In this document: positions 29,930 through 42,030 of the stretch, in pieces
Layout: every line of letters starts with the position of its first letter
Numbering within the stretch: position 1 is the first letter of the stretch
Assembly: GCF_009914755.1 (NCBI RefSeq)
Contig: NC_060948.1
Direction: 5' to 3' (one strand)
DNA from: the human T2T-CHM13v2.0 reference genome, Homo sapiens
Length of the DNA: 64,000 bases
The notes under the pieces: model-generated
The model's input: only the letters and a program-made list of their open reading frames with translations
Told to the model about the DNA's origin: nothing
The model's database searches: none
Made by a program: the position numbers and the translations under genes

Positions 29930-31300
29930 AATTTCACTAAATCTGGCCATTTCTGAATGGTAAAATGCTCCTTCTGTCTACACATTGGGCTTTTGTGATC
30001 CAAATTCTGATTTAGAAGTACTTTCAACATGTTCTCGGGCAGACTGAGGCCATGGCAGAAAGCCCACACATGCCCCTCTTCATCATTAGCTGGAAATTGT
30101 GATCCAGGGCACTCCTGGATGCCATGAAACAACAGCTGCCATTGGAAAGATAATTACTAGCTTGTCTTGCCTTGGTGTTGAGACTGCTTCTTTGACTGAA
30201 GACCATAAAATAATTACAAAACTTGCAACACCTATAATGTGTTGGGGAAATTAAGGAAATAATCTAATGAGGAAGTGCTCAGAAGGCTTCCAAAATATCA
30301 TAAAAGATGGCTTTATAGAGTAAAATGTTACCAGGGAAGTACAAGGAGATGCTCATCCTGTTCAACAGCAAGTAGTCTGGTATTTTCTAGCATCAAGTTT
30401 GGAAACACCTCAGGAATTACCGGATCTCACTCTTACATGGGCAATGCCCTTTGAAGAGCTCCTGATTAACAACAACATGCCTGGTTGACGAATGGCAGTT
30501 TCAAGGTGGATGAACAATGTCTTCTTGGCAGACTTTCATAGAGACCAGAAATGAACGGACAAACCTAAGATGGAATGAGCAAATTAGCTCAATGATTAAA
30601 CTGCATGCTGTTTTTTTAAATGAAGCAATAAAAACATTAAATCATTATTTTATAAAGGCAAATATTTGAATTCATGGGTAGTAAATAGTCATTAATGTTC
30701 TGGTCATGTGATCAATAGAAAACTGGACTTTCAAGCAGATACCAGTATGTGACATATGGACTTTCCATGGGCTGAGTCACATCCTGACATCTGCTTAATA
30801 GTAATAATTTAAGGGGTCCATTAAAGAAGGACATGTTGATTTCCATTTGAAGAATCCTCTCCAGGATGATTGGGAGGTGATTAGAACCAGGACAACATGA
30901 TGCATTCACTTGAGGTGGCAAACTTGTAGAGATGCAGCAGTAATGCAGAGCTAGGATTAATCTACACATATTTCTCTTACACTCTCTAAGGAATAGAAAT
31001 TCCAAAATCTAAGTCTAGGCCAGAAGAGAAATGTAGACTGCAAATAACAATAGGCCAAATAGGAAGGGCCATAACATAGTTGGATTACAATGTACCAATA
31101 TCAGTAGCCCTGATGGTATATTTATAGGTCTTGACTAACGTAGACTGCATTTTGCATTCATAGTGGTCGATGCTACTGCTTATGTACTATAAAAAGATAA
31201 AAACATAGTATATTCTAACCAATTTGAACAAACAAATTGCTGTTCCTCAAGCTATGCAACACACTTCATATCCTATTGTTTCCAACAATGGGCATTGAGA
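29930..31300 (+). mobile_element. ERVL-class (class III ERV) internal pol relic (RT connection / RNase H / integrase)
   Basis: Degenerate translations SRALLDAMKQQLPLER*LLAC.../VETASLTEDH...PIMCW and AWLTNGS, plus AQxxKLHAVF and LDYNVP. These resemble ERVL pol motifs (E..LLACY.AL.ET, AWFTDGS, SAQ.AEL.AV, WQ.DY.GP). Confidence 0.6.
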
Positions 31301-31936
31301 TATTACATCAAATAAAAAATTACATGTATTATTTAAAATCAGAAGGCACTTATATCTTCAGTAAACCCTACATCTAACAACAAAAGCTTTAAAATAATAT
31401 AGAAATAAACTAGAAGACTTACTGCTTTCAAGGAAAATTGTCACTGGCTAGCAAAGCTGTCAGAAATCTTGGCGCAATGGTACTTCAAGGTACTGTGGAT
31501 TCTGATAATATGCACTTCACTGGGGTTAGATGAAACCAAATTTTAGAAGCATCACTTAATACATTCTACCACAAAAGTGCCCCAACACAAAAACATAATC
31601 TACTATGCTCCACACATTGTGACATATGAAAATTGTGCATATTGATTTTAATATTTTATAATTTCTATTAAAAATATGTCCAGATTCTTTATCTCAACAA
31701 GAAATTAAACTATCAAAGATTAAATGTGAAGAACGTTTTAGAATTAAAATATGCTTGTTTTTTACATTTTCCCGTTTTCTATTTTTTCTGGTGATAAAAA
31801 ATAAGGTTTCTGAGCAATACAGCTGCTATTCTGGGCAACTACTGTGATTTAGGTAATTCCATCCCTTGGCTACATGAACTTGATGAGAAGTCATGCTAAA
31901 TGTTACAGCACAAGACAAGCTTTAAATGATTAACCT

Positions 31937-32215
31937 GGCTGGGTGCAATGACTCACCACCTGTAATCTCAGCACTTTGAGAGACCAAGGTGGGTGGATTG
32001 TGAGTCCAGGAGATCTAGAACTATCTGACTAACACAGAGAAGCACTGTCTCTACCAGAAATACAAAATTAGCCAGATGCATGCCTGTAATCCCGGATACT
32101 TTGGAGGATGAGGCAGGAGAATCGGTTGACCTCAGGGGGTGGAAGTTGTAGTGAGCCAAGATCACAACCATTGCACTCCAGCCCAGGCAACAGGAGTGAA
32201 ACTCCATTAAAAGAA
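31937..32215 (+). mobile_element. Alu
   Basis: ggctgggtgcaatgactcacc...cactccagcccaggcaacaggagtgaaactcc. Confidence 0.9.
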
Positions 32216-32400
32216 CAAATGAAAGAAAAGAAGAAAGAGAGAAAGAAAGGAAAGAAAGGAAGAAAGGAAGGAAGGAAGGAAGGAAGGAAGGAAGGAAGGA
32301 AGAAGGAAGGAAGGAAGGAAGGAAGGAAGGAAGGAAGGAAGGAAGGAAAAGAAATGGAAAGGGAAGGGAAGAAAAGAGAAAAGAGGGAAGAAAAGAGAAA
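32216..32400. repeat. Alu-tail-derived GAAA/GGAA tetranucleotide repeat; core (GGAA)9 GAA (GGAA)11 at 32266-32348
   Basis: Counted directly. Confidence 0.95.
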
Positions 32401-32863
32401 ACTGCATTACTCACATTGTGGCTAATCTTCCCAAAATATTGTAACACAAATATTTGTTTTAACTTAGCATTGCTCATACATTGATTTTATTTACATTTTT
32501 GTTCAGTACTTTTTGTAGTAAATTTTGTATTAAAGCTGGTAAAATTGTTAAGTTTTACTGCCACTGGATTTTGAGAAAGACTAAATAAATTGCTTTATGC
32601 TTCTATTGAAATATTGCACATTTTTATGAACTAAGACAAGGTAGTACCTAATTACAAAGAAAATATCACAAGGGTAAAATAAAAGATGACCCCACTTAAA
32701 CTATTCTTCTTCTGATCGTCTTGCCAAAGCTGTCCTAGAATTTTTTTTTTAGTTTGCAGTCACAGCTGATACGTTACAAAATATGTAATAAAATAATAAT
32801 TGAAGACCATATAAGTAAATCATCAAAATGAGTTTTGAAAAATTATTATTATTATTATTTAAC

Positions 32864-34034
32864 CTGTTGATACATAGAGCCTGTTGAATGAGGATATAAT
32901 GGAGTATCTTCTGTTGGAGAGGTCTTATGCCCATCTAAAGCATCGTGGTCAACTGGCTCCAAATTCTAAATATTTAAAAAGATTGAAAATTTGATTATAA
33001 AAGTAACTTTATACCTTATATTTTATTTTCTTCATTAGAATAAACTTTTAAGAAATACAAGAAAGCTGACATCTATAACATGTTTACACTTCCTCAAATG
33101 ATTTATAATTTAGGGAAAAAATCTGAATTATTTTAGCTACATAATTTTCAGGCCATTTCACACAAGTTGCTTCCAAAAGGAAACTACTTTTTAAGAACAA
33201 ACAAACCAATGCTAATCATTTCACAAAGTAAATATTTTTAAGGGCAATATTAATACATAAACATTGGCTTATGCATTTAAAAATTACCTCTGTTTTTCCC
33301 AGATTTATCTGCGGCCTTTTGGGGGCTTCCCCCAGCCACCTCATCTAGACAAAGTTCTCAAGCATTTGCGAGTGTCATCCTAGCACTATTTGATGTTTCT
33401 AAGAAATAACCATTTGATGTTGTATTGTTTTGTACTGGAGGACACCAATTTTTGTAGGCATATTGAATTGTTTCCAGTATGTGGTTTCCTTTCAATTTTC
33501 TATATCCACTAAATGACTCAATTTTATTTTCTCTCTCTTTTTTTTCCCATGTGAAAGCACAAACACAGTCCTTCACTTCCACCAATTATGCATTTGAGTG
33601 TCCCACATTTGGGGAAATCTCACGGGTCAGCACATCTAGAGTGCAACATATCGGCCTTTCCCTGGGAAAGCCACCTTCATGATCACGGTATCTCCCCTGG
33701 CAGGGAAGTATCCATTTTCTTTTTAAGACTTCCATTAGCCTTTGAAAGAAAATACAAATAGAAATGTAATAGAATTTAGAATAATTTTCAGTATCAGCTT
33801 AAAATGTTAATTTCAATCATCCATGATTATTCTCTTCTAAAAAAGTTCTTAATTCTGACACAGGCTTCTACAAAATTGTAAGAAAAAACACTACGGTAAA
33901 CAATGAAATAACTGCTAAACTACCACACATTTTATGCACTGATATGCTCATTTTTGATAGTGACTCTTAGAGCATTCTATTGTATCTAACAGCCATTCTC
34001 GGTCTTCTGGAATTTTATCGTGTGCACTATGAGC
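32864..34034 (-). pseudogene. USP9X/USP9Y-derived pseudogene fragment, C-terminal exons (~33895-34034; 33340-33739 split by U1; 32864-32959)
   Basis: [29 protein letters not shown]; [41 protein letters not shown]|GT; [32 protein letters not shown]|GT. All parallel the recalled USP9X C-terminus. Confidence 0.92.
33548..33711 (-). ncRNA. U1 snRNA retro-pseudogene, full length (164 nt)
   Basis: Reverse complement ATACTTCCCTGCCAGGGGAGATACCGTGATCATGAAGGTGG...GATTTCCCCAAATGTGGG...GCTTTCACATG, colinear with U1; A-rich tail and degenerate TSD; no snRNA promoter evident. An RNU1 pseudogene. Confidence 0.95.
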
Positions 34035-34404
34035 TTTAAAAATAAGCAGATGAAAATAATTGATAATATGTAGTAGTAGCTAATGTTTTACTGTCTAATA
34101 TGTGCCATTCAGAACAAGTTTTTGAGGTAATCTAATTAATATCAGAGTTAGTTTCCTTAGAGGGTAGCATTAGTAAATCCACAAATAAAAAATCAATTAC
34201 AGTTAGGTCAAATACTTTGCCAATTATTACAGATTTAGCCAGTTGAGGAGCTAGCTAGCAATCTGACCCAAACATCTGACCTCTTGGTGTATTGCCAATT
34301 TAAAATGTTTTGGCTAAATATACTATCCATGCATTACTACTAGCGAATTAAAAACTGTAATGCTATATTACTTTTCATGGTTCTATTTTTTGTTCTATAC
34401 TTAG

Positions 34405-34550
34405 GATTATGCTCCATGGCCCAGGCTGGACTACAGTGACAAGATGATAGCTCATAACTCAATGAGGCCTCACATCCAGGGTTCAAGGAATACTCCTGCC
34501 TCAGCATTCTACCTAGTTGGGATTAGAGAAATGCACCACCATGTCCCACT
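34405..34550 (-). mobile_element. Alu monomer (FLAM-like)
   Basis: ggcccaggctggactacagtg...ctcctgcctcagc. Confidence 0.7.
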
Positions 34551-36024
34551 CGCCTCATTACTTTTACTAAATATGAGTAGCATTTTATGACTACCTTTTT
34601 AAAGAAAAAACAAAACTTACTTGGTGTTCACTCATTTTTCAGAGACAACATTTTAGAATGTAAAGCAAGAATCTCATGATAATAAAACAGCAATATTAAT
34701 TGGCAGTACAAAATTGATTTCAATTCTGATAGTAAATGAACACACACGATGGGTAAAGCAATTTTCAATGGCAACAATAAAATTTTCCTGATTTGCTAAT
34801 GATCAGTCATTTTCTTTCAGAGCTGGCTAAATTGCAACATATTTACATTGCCAACTTTTTACTGTTCTTAGGAGTCAATATTAAAAATCACAAAAAAAGA
34901 CTTCTGTCTTTTTTGTCATTACCATGACAGATAAATAAAATAGTTTGTTTCTCTCTACCATGTATCTTACTTAATAAAATGATATTAGATTCCAAGTCAG
35001 AGGCCAGGTTTTTTTTCTTTTTGCCATAGGAACATTTATAATATAAATTTCTTTTGAAAAAGGTAATTTTTATAATCTAATTTCAGGTAAAGAATAACAT
35101 GGAGAGGCTTCTTGTAACACTTAAACAGTACACATTTCATTATCTTATTCTCTTAAAAATTATAATAAAGTAAAAATCATGTCATTTGCCACATTATTAA
35201 TAGCATCAAAAGTTTTCATGTGAAATTTGGATTAATATTGTATTTGCCTATATTGTTATCTGCTGCCTTGAACAGTGTTGATCTCAGTTGAACACTGCCT
35301 ATTGAATAGACTAAATGTTCATCAGAAAAAAAGATTCCAAGCTTATCTTAATAAGGAGAATAATAAATTTATACATGAAACCCACATTAATCCACATCAA
35401 CTATTTTCCACATTAACCCAACATGTATACCTTTACTGTAATCACCTCCTTGGATGAGATGAGGCTAAGATGTGATTTAGCCTTACTTTAGAGCAAATAC
35501 AAGAAGTTACATAGTAAACAATATATGACTACAAACAATTTTTTAAATGGTATAAATTAATTTCCATTGATAGGAACTCAATGTCATTCATACAACATTA
35601 ATTATCTGCTTGAAATCTATGATGGTGGACCAAAGAACAATTAGAAAATTTTAATTGCTAAAATCTAATATTTCAGTTGTTTAAATTTAAAATTATCTTA
35701 TGCCTTTAATTATTTTGTTCTACAGCTTCATAGTAACTTTATTTTATTATCAGGCTTTCATTGTGCTTATTATAATGTCTATTGAGTGAAAACGGTGTGT
35801 TTGTGTGTAGGTGTGTGTGTATAGAGTTTCCAGATATATAGTATGATTGTCTCTAGAATCCTATAACAATAACACTTTGAATCTCCTGGCAGAGTTGGGA
35901 AACTAATTTTGGTGCAATTCTTAGGCTTATTTTACTGCAGATGACACAACTAAGAATTCTAGAAGAATGCTCAAGATCTGTGTTTAGCATAAACATAGTT
36001 CTTTAAAATTATCATTTTTCTCAA

Positions 36025-36220
36025 AACCAGTCTGGCCACAATTGTGAAACCCCATCTCTTCTAAAAATACAAAAATTAGCCAGTCATGGTGTCAGGCACT
36101 TGTAATCCCAGCTACTCAGGAGGCTGATGCAGAGAATTGCTTGAACCCAGGAGGCAGAGGTTTCAGTGAGCCGAGATTCCGCTCCTGCACTCCTGCCTGG
36201 GTGAGAGTGAGAATTCCTCT
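36025..36220 (+). mobile_element. 5'-truncated Alu
   Basis: gtgaaaccccatctcttctaaaaatacaaaaattagcc...gtgagccgagatt. Confidence 0.88.
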
Positions 36221-37905
36221 TACACACACATGCACACACACCCACAAATAATAGTAATAATAAATAAAAAAGAAAAACTCTTCTCTTACATACTGATTAA
36301 ACTAACTACTTAGAGGCTACGGACTGCTTTTGGATAACTTAATGTTGTCTGCCATGATAACATCAACTTTTTAAAAAAAGTTTCCATTCTAGTACATTAC
36401 TTTCTATGACTGTTTTTCATTGTTACTTCTGTAGTAACACATGTATGCTTTTAGATGATTCCAAATTCTGGACATTTGTATCCATTGCAATTTTTTATTT
36501 GGTGTCCCGTATGTTTCTAAAAGGCAATCTGCTCAAACAGGTTCACTTTTTTCTATCAGTAAATTGCATTACTATTCTCTCAGCTTATCAAATCACACCC
36601 AGGACAGAGGTGTTAACATCTCTTTCCTACTCCACTTTCTCAAATATCCAGTTGGTAACCCCTGCCTATTCTAACTCATTAAGAGCTCATACATCTGTCC
36701 ACACATATGTTCTACATTGCCAGCTTTTCTAATGTAGAGCACCCACAGTCTTTTTCTACAGATAATTTTGAATACTTCCTTACTGTGGTATATTGTGAAA
36801 TTTTCTATGCTATAGCCAGTGAGATGTTACTAATATATGCCTTTTTTTATCCTCTGATGGTTTATCAAGTCACACTGAATATCTCACATAATTGCTAAAA
36901 AGCCAAGTTATGTCAATACTAAGTCTGTACCCACTGTCTACTTAAAAAAATCAACTTAACAAAGCAACCCTTTTCAACTGCAAGATGCTTTCTACTCTCC
37001 AAATCTAAGTCACATATGCCCTATAATAGGCAGAAGATCACCCTGTATTGTATTTTTTTTGTTGTTCATTATGATGTTTTGTATCCAACCTGGGCTGTTA
37101 TTCTGTACTGTGTTTTCAAAATCATAATTAAGACAGATTCAAAATACTTTATCTGAAATTCAAAAAGCTCAATTAAGCAAGACTTTTTAAAAATGAGATT
37201 GGTATGTAACTCAATTTCTGATGTAATAAAGCCTTAATTGAGGGAAGCTGTTTCAGTCTGCATTCATGTAACATTCAGGCTTAAAGGGAATATCCATTTC
37301 TCTTCATAGAAATATTAATATGTTTGATTCTTGAGTATTTTCGGGGGCCTTACAGGGAATGGTACACAAAATGATGCAAATGTGTTGACTCAGTTTTCTC
37401 AAACGCAAGAATTCCTAAAACCTAAAACACAGTGCCTAAATGCCTTAAGATGTATAAATATATACTGAACCTTGGCAATTAAAATTAAACTTAGGTTATA
37501 TCATAAACCAACCATGTGTCATGTATGAGCAACTAAAATCTCAAGTTAAATTGTGCAAAACAAAATTTTTGTGAATTCTTAGGTTTGATACTTTTACATT
37601 TAAAATAAATATGGTATTTATGTTTGTATAATATATGCTCCTACTCTACTAAAATTATCCCAACATCTCAGATGTAGTCAGGCTAGGCTGAGAAAAAGAA
37701 AGCACAGGGGTGGTCAGAGCAGGAAGAGTAAAGGGTAAAATTTATTTTCTCCCAAAGGTATATATTAATAATACAAATAACACTTTCATTACAGGAATGT
37801 GTGGCCATAGAACTTAGTTTTAGATAGTAAATTATTTGTGATTTTACCAAGTTCCTTAAAATGATCTGTTAATTGTCTGAGTCAATCATTCATATAAATG
37901 TGACT

Positions 37906-38290
37906 TCTAGCTCATCTTGCTGTTGAATGTTAGAGATAAGGCAGATGCATTCTAACCAACTCACACGTATACACAAAATCAACATGGACATGGAGAAGAG
38001 AATTAGTGTTTGTAGCAGTGTATTACTTACTAATAAAATTCAATGAATGGATATGGCTGTGTGATTAGTTGATGGGAGATGGGACAAATCCACTCATGGA
38101 GGAATATATTTTCTCAATAATGGCATCTTACATTTATAAACTGTAATGGTTTTCTGAAAATGTTTCTTTGATTTACATATGTAAATTAGAGAGCTAATAA
38201 AAGAGATGACCAAGACTTAAATTATAATTAAAATAAGAAACTTGACTACTATAGAATTTACACTTGGATTTTTTTTCCTGGAAAAATCAG
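37906..38290 (+). pseudogene. RAB9A 3' fragment (last codons and 3'UTR)
   Basis: TCT AGC TCA TCT TGC TGT TGA (SSSSCC*, cf. RAB9A ...PSSSCC*), followed by gatgcattctaaccaactcacacgtatacacaaaatcaacatgg...gagaagagaattag, matching the recalled RAB9A 3'UTR. Confidence 0.85.
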
Positions 38291-41200
38291 ATACTACTTT
38301 TTATATGTATATGAGTTTTATGCAATTAGCATTGTATTCTTGGTGAAACAAAATGATCTCCTAAAACAATAATGTTAGATATGAAAGATTAGAATCTATC
38401 ATATTTTCAATGCATTCTTATTTAATTTACTTCTTCATTCTTTTCAAAATGACTTCACCTTTTTTATTTTCATTCCACATATCATTAGAATTATTCTCAC
38501 TAGCAATTTCTCCATGATTTACACGCCATTAATGAACTTCTACCACCATATATCATGTTTCACAGCCCCAGGAGGAGGGAGGGCCAACAGTGGCACAAGA
38601 GTTGCTTCTTACAGTCTGTCACACATCCTGCTAAATTTAAGCTCTCCACGAATAAAAAGCCTTTCCATAGCCAGAGTTCAGCTTTAAGAAAAAGGCTAAC
38701 TACTGAACTTGGAGAAAAGACAAATCTGCATTTGATAACTGATTTAACAAATATAATGTGTGTGTAGAGGATACAAAATTACAGTTCCACTACTGGGATA
38801 GTTACTATTTGTGTTACTTTCTTCACCCTTGTGGAAAGTCTACTAGTTGAAGTTAAACCATTCCTTTTTCACACAAGACACAAGCTAACCTTATCACTCT
38901 CAGAGGAAATACTAAGAAGGGTTGTACTTTGTCAGAGGGTAAATCAAGACATCTTTATTATGCCATGTGTTTACTTAGTGTCTCCTCTATTACTGAACAT
39001 TGTTTAGTGATTTGCTCTCAAGGATTTTTGTGTTTGTTTCAAAAAAAATCCTTGCTACAATGATCAGACTTGATAAAGCAAATTGTGGTCTCTTGTGGAT
39101 GTTCACATTCTGTGCAGTCGGTAACTATCTGATTCTAAGGAAGCTAACCGAAGCTTGGACTGAATGTGGATGAGACCCGCCACTGGGGAGTGATGGAGGT
39201 ATGAAAAGACATGCTGGATGAGGGGAGGTGGCTCTCATATAGGGAGCAGAGTTTTGAAAACTTACATCAAAACATTTCTCTTCCTGGCCCCACCCAATAT
39301 TGCCATCTGGAAACATTTGATAAAAATCACAATAGAAAATGGCAGGAGAACAAAGCAGGTGGTGAGCGTGGCAGCAGGATCAGTCAGAAGCAGCTGCAGA
39401 GCCACCCTGGACAGAAGAACCATAGATGATGCCCCACAGTTTGAAGGAAGTGTGGTTCCCAGTGGTACAGATGTTGCTCCATACAGTCTTTCATATATCC
39501 AGCTAGATGCAAGCAAAGAATGGAAAACTTTTCCATAGAGAGAGTTCAGTTTATAAAAAAAAGGCTAACTGCAGAAGTTGAAGAATAGAAAAATGTGCAT
39601 TTGATAACTTATGTAACAATTACAATGTGCAGAGTAGAAGATACAAAATTACAATTCCATTACAATTAAATAAATATTTCTGTTAACTTTCATCCTTGGG
39701 GAAAGTTTCCTAGTTGAAGATAAAACATTCCTACTGTTTCTTATCTTAGAACAAAACTATTTAGGTTTCTGTACAAACCTAAGTTTTCACTTCTATATTA
39801 AGACACCACCATGTAAATTTTATTGCAATAAACATGTCATGCTGAGTAGTAAATTTATAAGTAGAGAAATGCCCCAGTGTGTTACCGAGTGAAAGGTGGT
39901 GTCTGGACAGTCAGCGCTTTCTGGAACTCTGGACTGACAAGCAGGAAGTGTTGAAGTGACTGAAAAGTTAAAGATCACAAGTACAGCATGAAGAAGACAG
40001 AGATTGGCAGTATCTACATCCATGCCAAAGGAAGTATCCTAGGAAATTTCGGCTATAACAAGAGAATGAAACTCCATATGCACATTTCTTCTGGATCACT
40101 TTTGGAGCACTAAAGCAGATAACAAACTTAGTGCTAATGCACATGTGCTAAGGGGAGCCTGATTTTAAGACTGATTTAATTTCTTTCCTTTTATGTTAAA
40201 GAGCCTTCAGGGGAAATTGCCTACTAGATCCAAGCTTTGCCAGCTTATTTTTCCTCATGATCAGCTCCTATCTATCAGCTGACAGTCCTACCCATGTGCC
40301 CCAGTGCTCTCCTTCACCGCTTCACGCCTGAAATACTGTTCTCTGCAGGCAACATCGGAAGTCCCACTTAACGCTCCACTTTCCTTCCAGCTCCTTCAAA
40401 TAATTGGCCATACATGAAATTTGGCACTAAACTTTACTAATATACACACAGGATGTGGATTACTAGTTCCTACCTCATCTTCATTAGCCTGGAGGAAAGG
40501 TTATTTTTGGAGTGCCACTGTTGTGCAGCTGGGCCATGTCTTCCTGCTGTCACTCACCCCGCTGCTCTTGGTTGGATTTCATCATAATACTCAGGATTAT
40601 ATGCTCATTAAGGGAAGGAACAACCATAGTAAAAAATACTGAAATTACTCCCAGATTTCTAGATGGGTCTTACCTTTTTCTGCACCCATAGCTCTGGGAT
40701 TTAGTTTGTTTTAATATGAGGGCTGTATAACAGGTTAAGACATCATACTAGTTTGGACACTACCGATAGGGGAAATGGAACAAAAACAGCTGTGGTTGGC
40801 GGCACTTTAAAAATGAATATTAAACTACCACAATCTTGAACAAATATCTTTATTGTAAAAATCAAATAAGTGTGGTAAAAATGATGGTAGCTATTTCACA
40901 CAAGGACACAAGACAAAAGCTTAGAATTACTTGCTTAAAGTTAATTCAGAATGGAACAAAATTGTTCAAGTGCTTAGCATTAGAAAAGGTTTTATAACCT
41001 GCTTTTCAGTGGACATTACCTATTTTACAGTAAGATCTTAGTATGGGAACAAAGAGATGATTCCCAGCCTCCTGTGGTATATCATCTCAGCCTCCCAAAA
41101 TGCTGAGATTAGAGGCATGAGCCACCATGCCCAGGACAATTCCAAACTGTTTACAAAAGTTCTGTGACTTCCTCCACCTTGCCTTACCCACAAAACAAGC

Positions 41201-41716
41201 ATTACTAAGAATTCCAATATATAATACAAATAAAGCAACTGCCATGACCAAAGTACTACATTGATATGTGTATGCATCAATGGTCTGTTCAATTTTTTTA
41301 CTGCTCTAACAGAGAACTTTGATGCATCTAAAAGGATGAGTACAAATGTTAATGTAATCCTGGCTTTTCTTTGACAACTCTCCTAAAAACTGCCTTACAA
41401 CTTTTTGCAAGTGTAAGTATCAACGGTATACTCTCTGAAGGAAAGGAAATAATCAGCTGGACCACTATACCTAGCCACTGTCAGAAGCATATATGCAACA
41501 CTTAGCACTACACACGTGTTTCCTTGGCTTCTTGAGTACTGCTGTGTACACTGCCTATACATTTTTACAACATCTCTAAATGTATAAAAGAATTAATGTG
41601 AATGTATGTGCTATCGCATTTCATTTCCAACTGCAGAATATGTTAGTTTTAAATCTATCTACCACATCTTGACTCTGACATTTATTTTTGGATTGTTACA
41701 TTAAAATCAACTACAT

Positions 41717-42030
<314 letters not shown>

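Noticed and set aside
31968-32477. ORFs rich in PSFL / KEGR repeats (also 55451-55696)
   Set aside because: Translations of GGAA/TTCC microsatellites plus Alu.
33548-33711. Functional variant U1 with new splice specificity
   Set aside because: Retroposed with tail and TSD, no PSE/DSE or 3' box evident, mutated Sm site and many substitutions.
34619-34787. Minus-strand AG...GTAAGT-bounded segment, possibly another USP9 exon
   Set aside because: I could not align its translation convincingly to USP9; it needs tblastn.
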